Shown: positions 46,213 through 47,462 of the stretch, piece after piece
Layout: the number at the start of each line of letters is the position of its first letter
Position numbering within the stretch: position 1 is the stretch's first letter
Assembly: GCF_001194135.2 (NCBI RefSeq)
Contig: NC_068986.1
Location: forward strand, 31,820,679-31,868,140
Direction: 5' to 3'
Source: Octopus bimaculoides
Lineage: Eukaryota
Length of the DNA: 47,462 nt
Made by a program: the position numbers and the translations under genes
Notes under the pieces: model-generated
What the model was told of the DNA's origin: nothing
Database searches by the model: none
Seen by the model: only the letters and a program-made list of their open reading frames with translations

Positions 46213-47462
46213 AGTAATAATGCCCTGATGCAGTACCAGGCAGTGACTTTCATGCCTTTTCATCTTAACTGATTGGAATGTTATCAGGTACATGTTTTGT
46301 CTTGGTATAAAAGATGGGCTACAGCAAATATTCTGCTCAGTACTACAGGTTTTGCTTGTCACTTGCTTGACTTTACCCATTTGAACATGCGCTGTAAATC
46401 TTGATGAGATCACCATGTCGCGCACATATGGTTATAATGCATGTGCCTGGTGTATCCTTATCAGACGGGTAGTCATGATGGATATATTGGGCTTCGTATA
46501 TTTTACCCCATGTCGATTGTCTGATAGCTTCTAAGTGCTCACTAGTTAAGAACTGAGGGGAAGAGAATGTTTATCCATGCATTCTAGAGGGATTTATTAG
46601 AACTTTTGTTTTCGCCTGGCAGTGCTGTAAGAGAGAAGGCAACTGGTTCAAGATAATTTCAGAGATTTTAGAGGTTCGGTCGGCTGGTCATGTCCGAGGT
46701 GCAGAGAGATATAGGAAAATAGACAAATAAATACAAAGTGAGTGAGAGGGAGAGATAGAGGAGAGAAAATAAAGTTTTTCATCACTCAATCGTTTAGCGT
46801 CCGATGTTGGTGACCGGTGCAGTTATGTGGCACAGTTATTTTAGTACAAAAGATGTGTCCAGCTGTCGGTCAAGTGTTCATTACGAAGAAAGCACCAATG
46901 CCTCCCTTCATTATGGAAGTCCAAGCAATTATACATTCTGATAGTGAAAGTCAAACAAGTCATATTATAAATGCACACACGCACACATTCACAGACACGG
47001 ACACACACATACACACACGGACACACGGACACACAGACACACGGACACACGGACACCAAACATATATATCGAAAGGAGGGATAGATAAGAGGTGGCTAGG
47101 GGTACTTATGGCAGTGCATAAAAATCAAAACGATATTCTTGAGATAAGGTAAATAATTATAAAAAGTGTAGCTCAGGGTCCTGCAAAGGAAGATGCGGTA
47201 AAACAGGAAAAAACAGCAAGAAAAAACATACACACACTCATATAATGAACGCATACAGAAGAGAAAAAAACACACACAGAAGCACACATATACATACACA
47301 CAATGAACGAGGATATACTCAACCCCTCATCTGTTATCAGTCAAATATCATCACAATTTCAATACCTTCCGATAATATTGTTCAATTTGGCTGAGTCAGG
47401 AACATAAATTGCTGGTGGTGGTGTATATATATACATATACATACATACATATACATATATAT

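Noticed and set aside
46213-46530. Complex sequence directly after (AAT)n that I recall as a dispersed repeat
   Set aside because: Single copy in the window with no diagnostic motif, so it cannot be classified from the sequence alone.

Overview
AT-rich, gapped eukaryotic genomic DNA with 13 N-runs, most of them bordered by microsatellites. The SINE families and very dense simple repeats resemble octopus (coleoid cephalopod) DNA; this is recalled, not database-verified. No intact gene, RNA gene or CRISPR array is present, and almost all ORFs in the supplied track are microsatellite or N-gap artefacts. Supported content: (i) many tRNA-headed SINEs, given working labels A/B/C/E/F, several with target-site duplications (TSDs); (ii) LINE remnants, namely an RTE 3' end at 11.4-11.9 kb, R4/Dong-type restriction-like-endonuclease (RLE) elements at 19.3-20.2 kb and as a four-tail cluster at 43.6-45.9 kb, and Penelope-like fragments at 39.9-41.1 kb; (iii) DNA transposon relics, namely a hAT Charlie/Buster-type transposase fossil, a mariner deletion derivative and two small MITEs; (iv) a 485-bp tandem repeat that flips orientation at about 37,898; (v) three phase-compatible candidate minus-strand coding exons (33134-33079, 30223-30171, 7698-7601), suggesting the window lies mostly in introns of an unidentified gene. 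The best leads are the inverted 485-bp array, a SINE dimer enclosed by one 15-bp TSD, a complete 2x2 head/tail shuffle of SINE modules, and the stack of Dong-like tails in (TAA)n.
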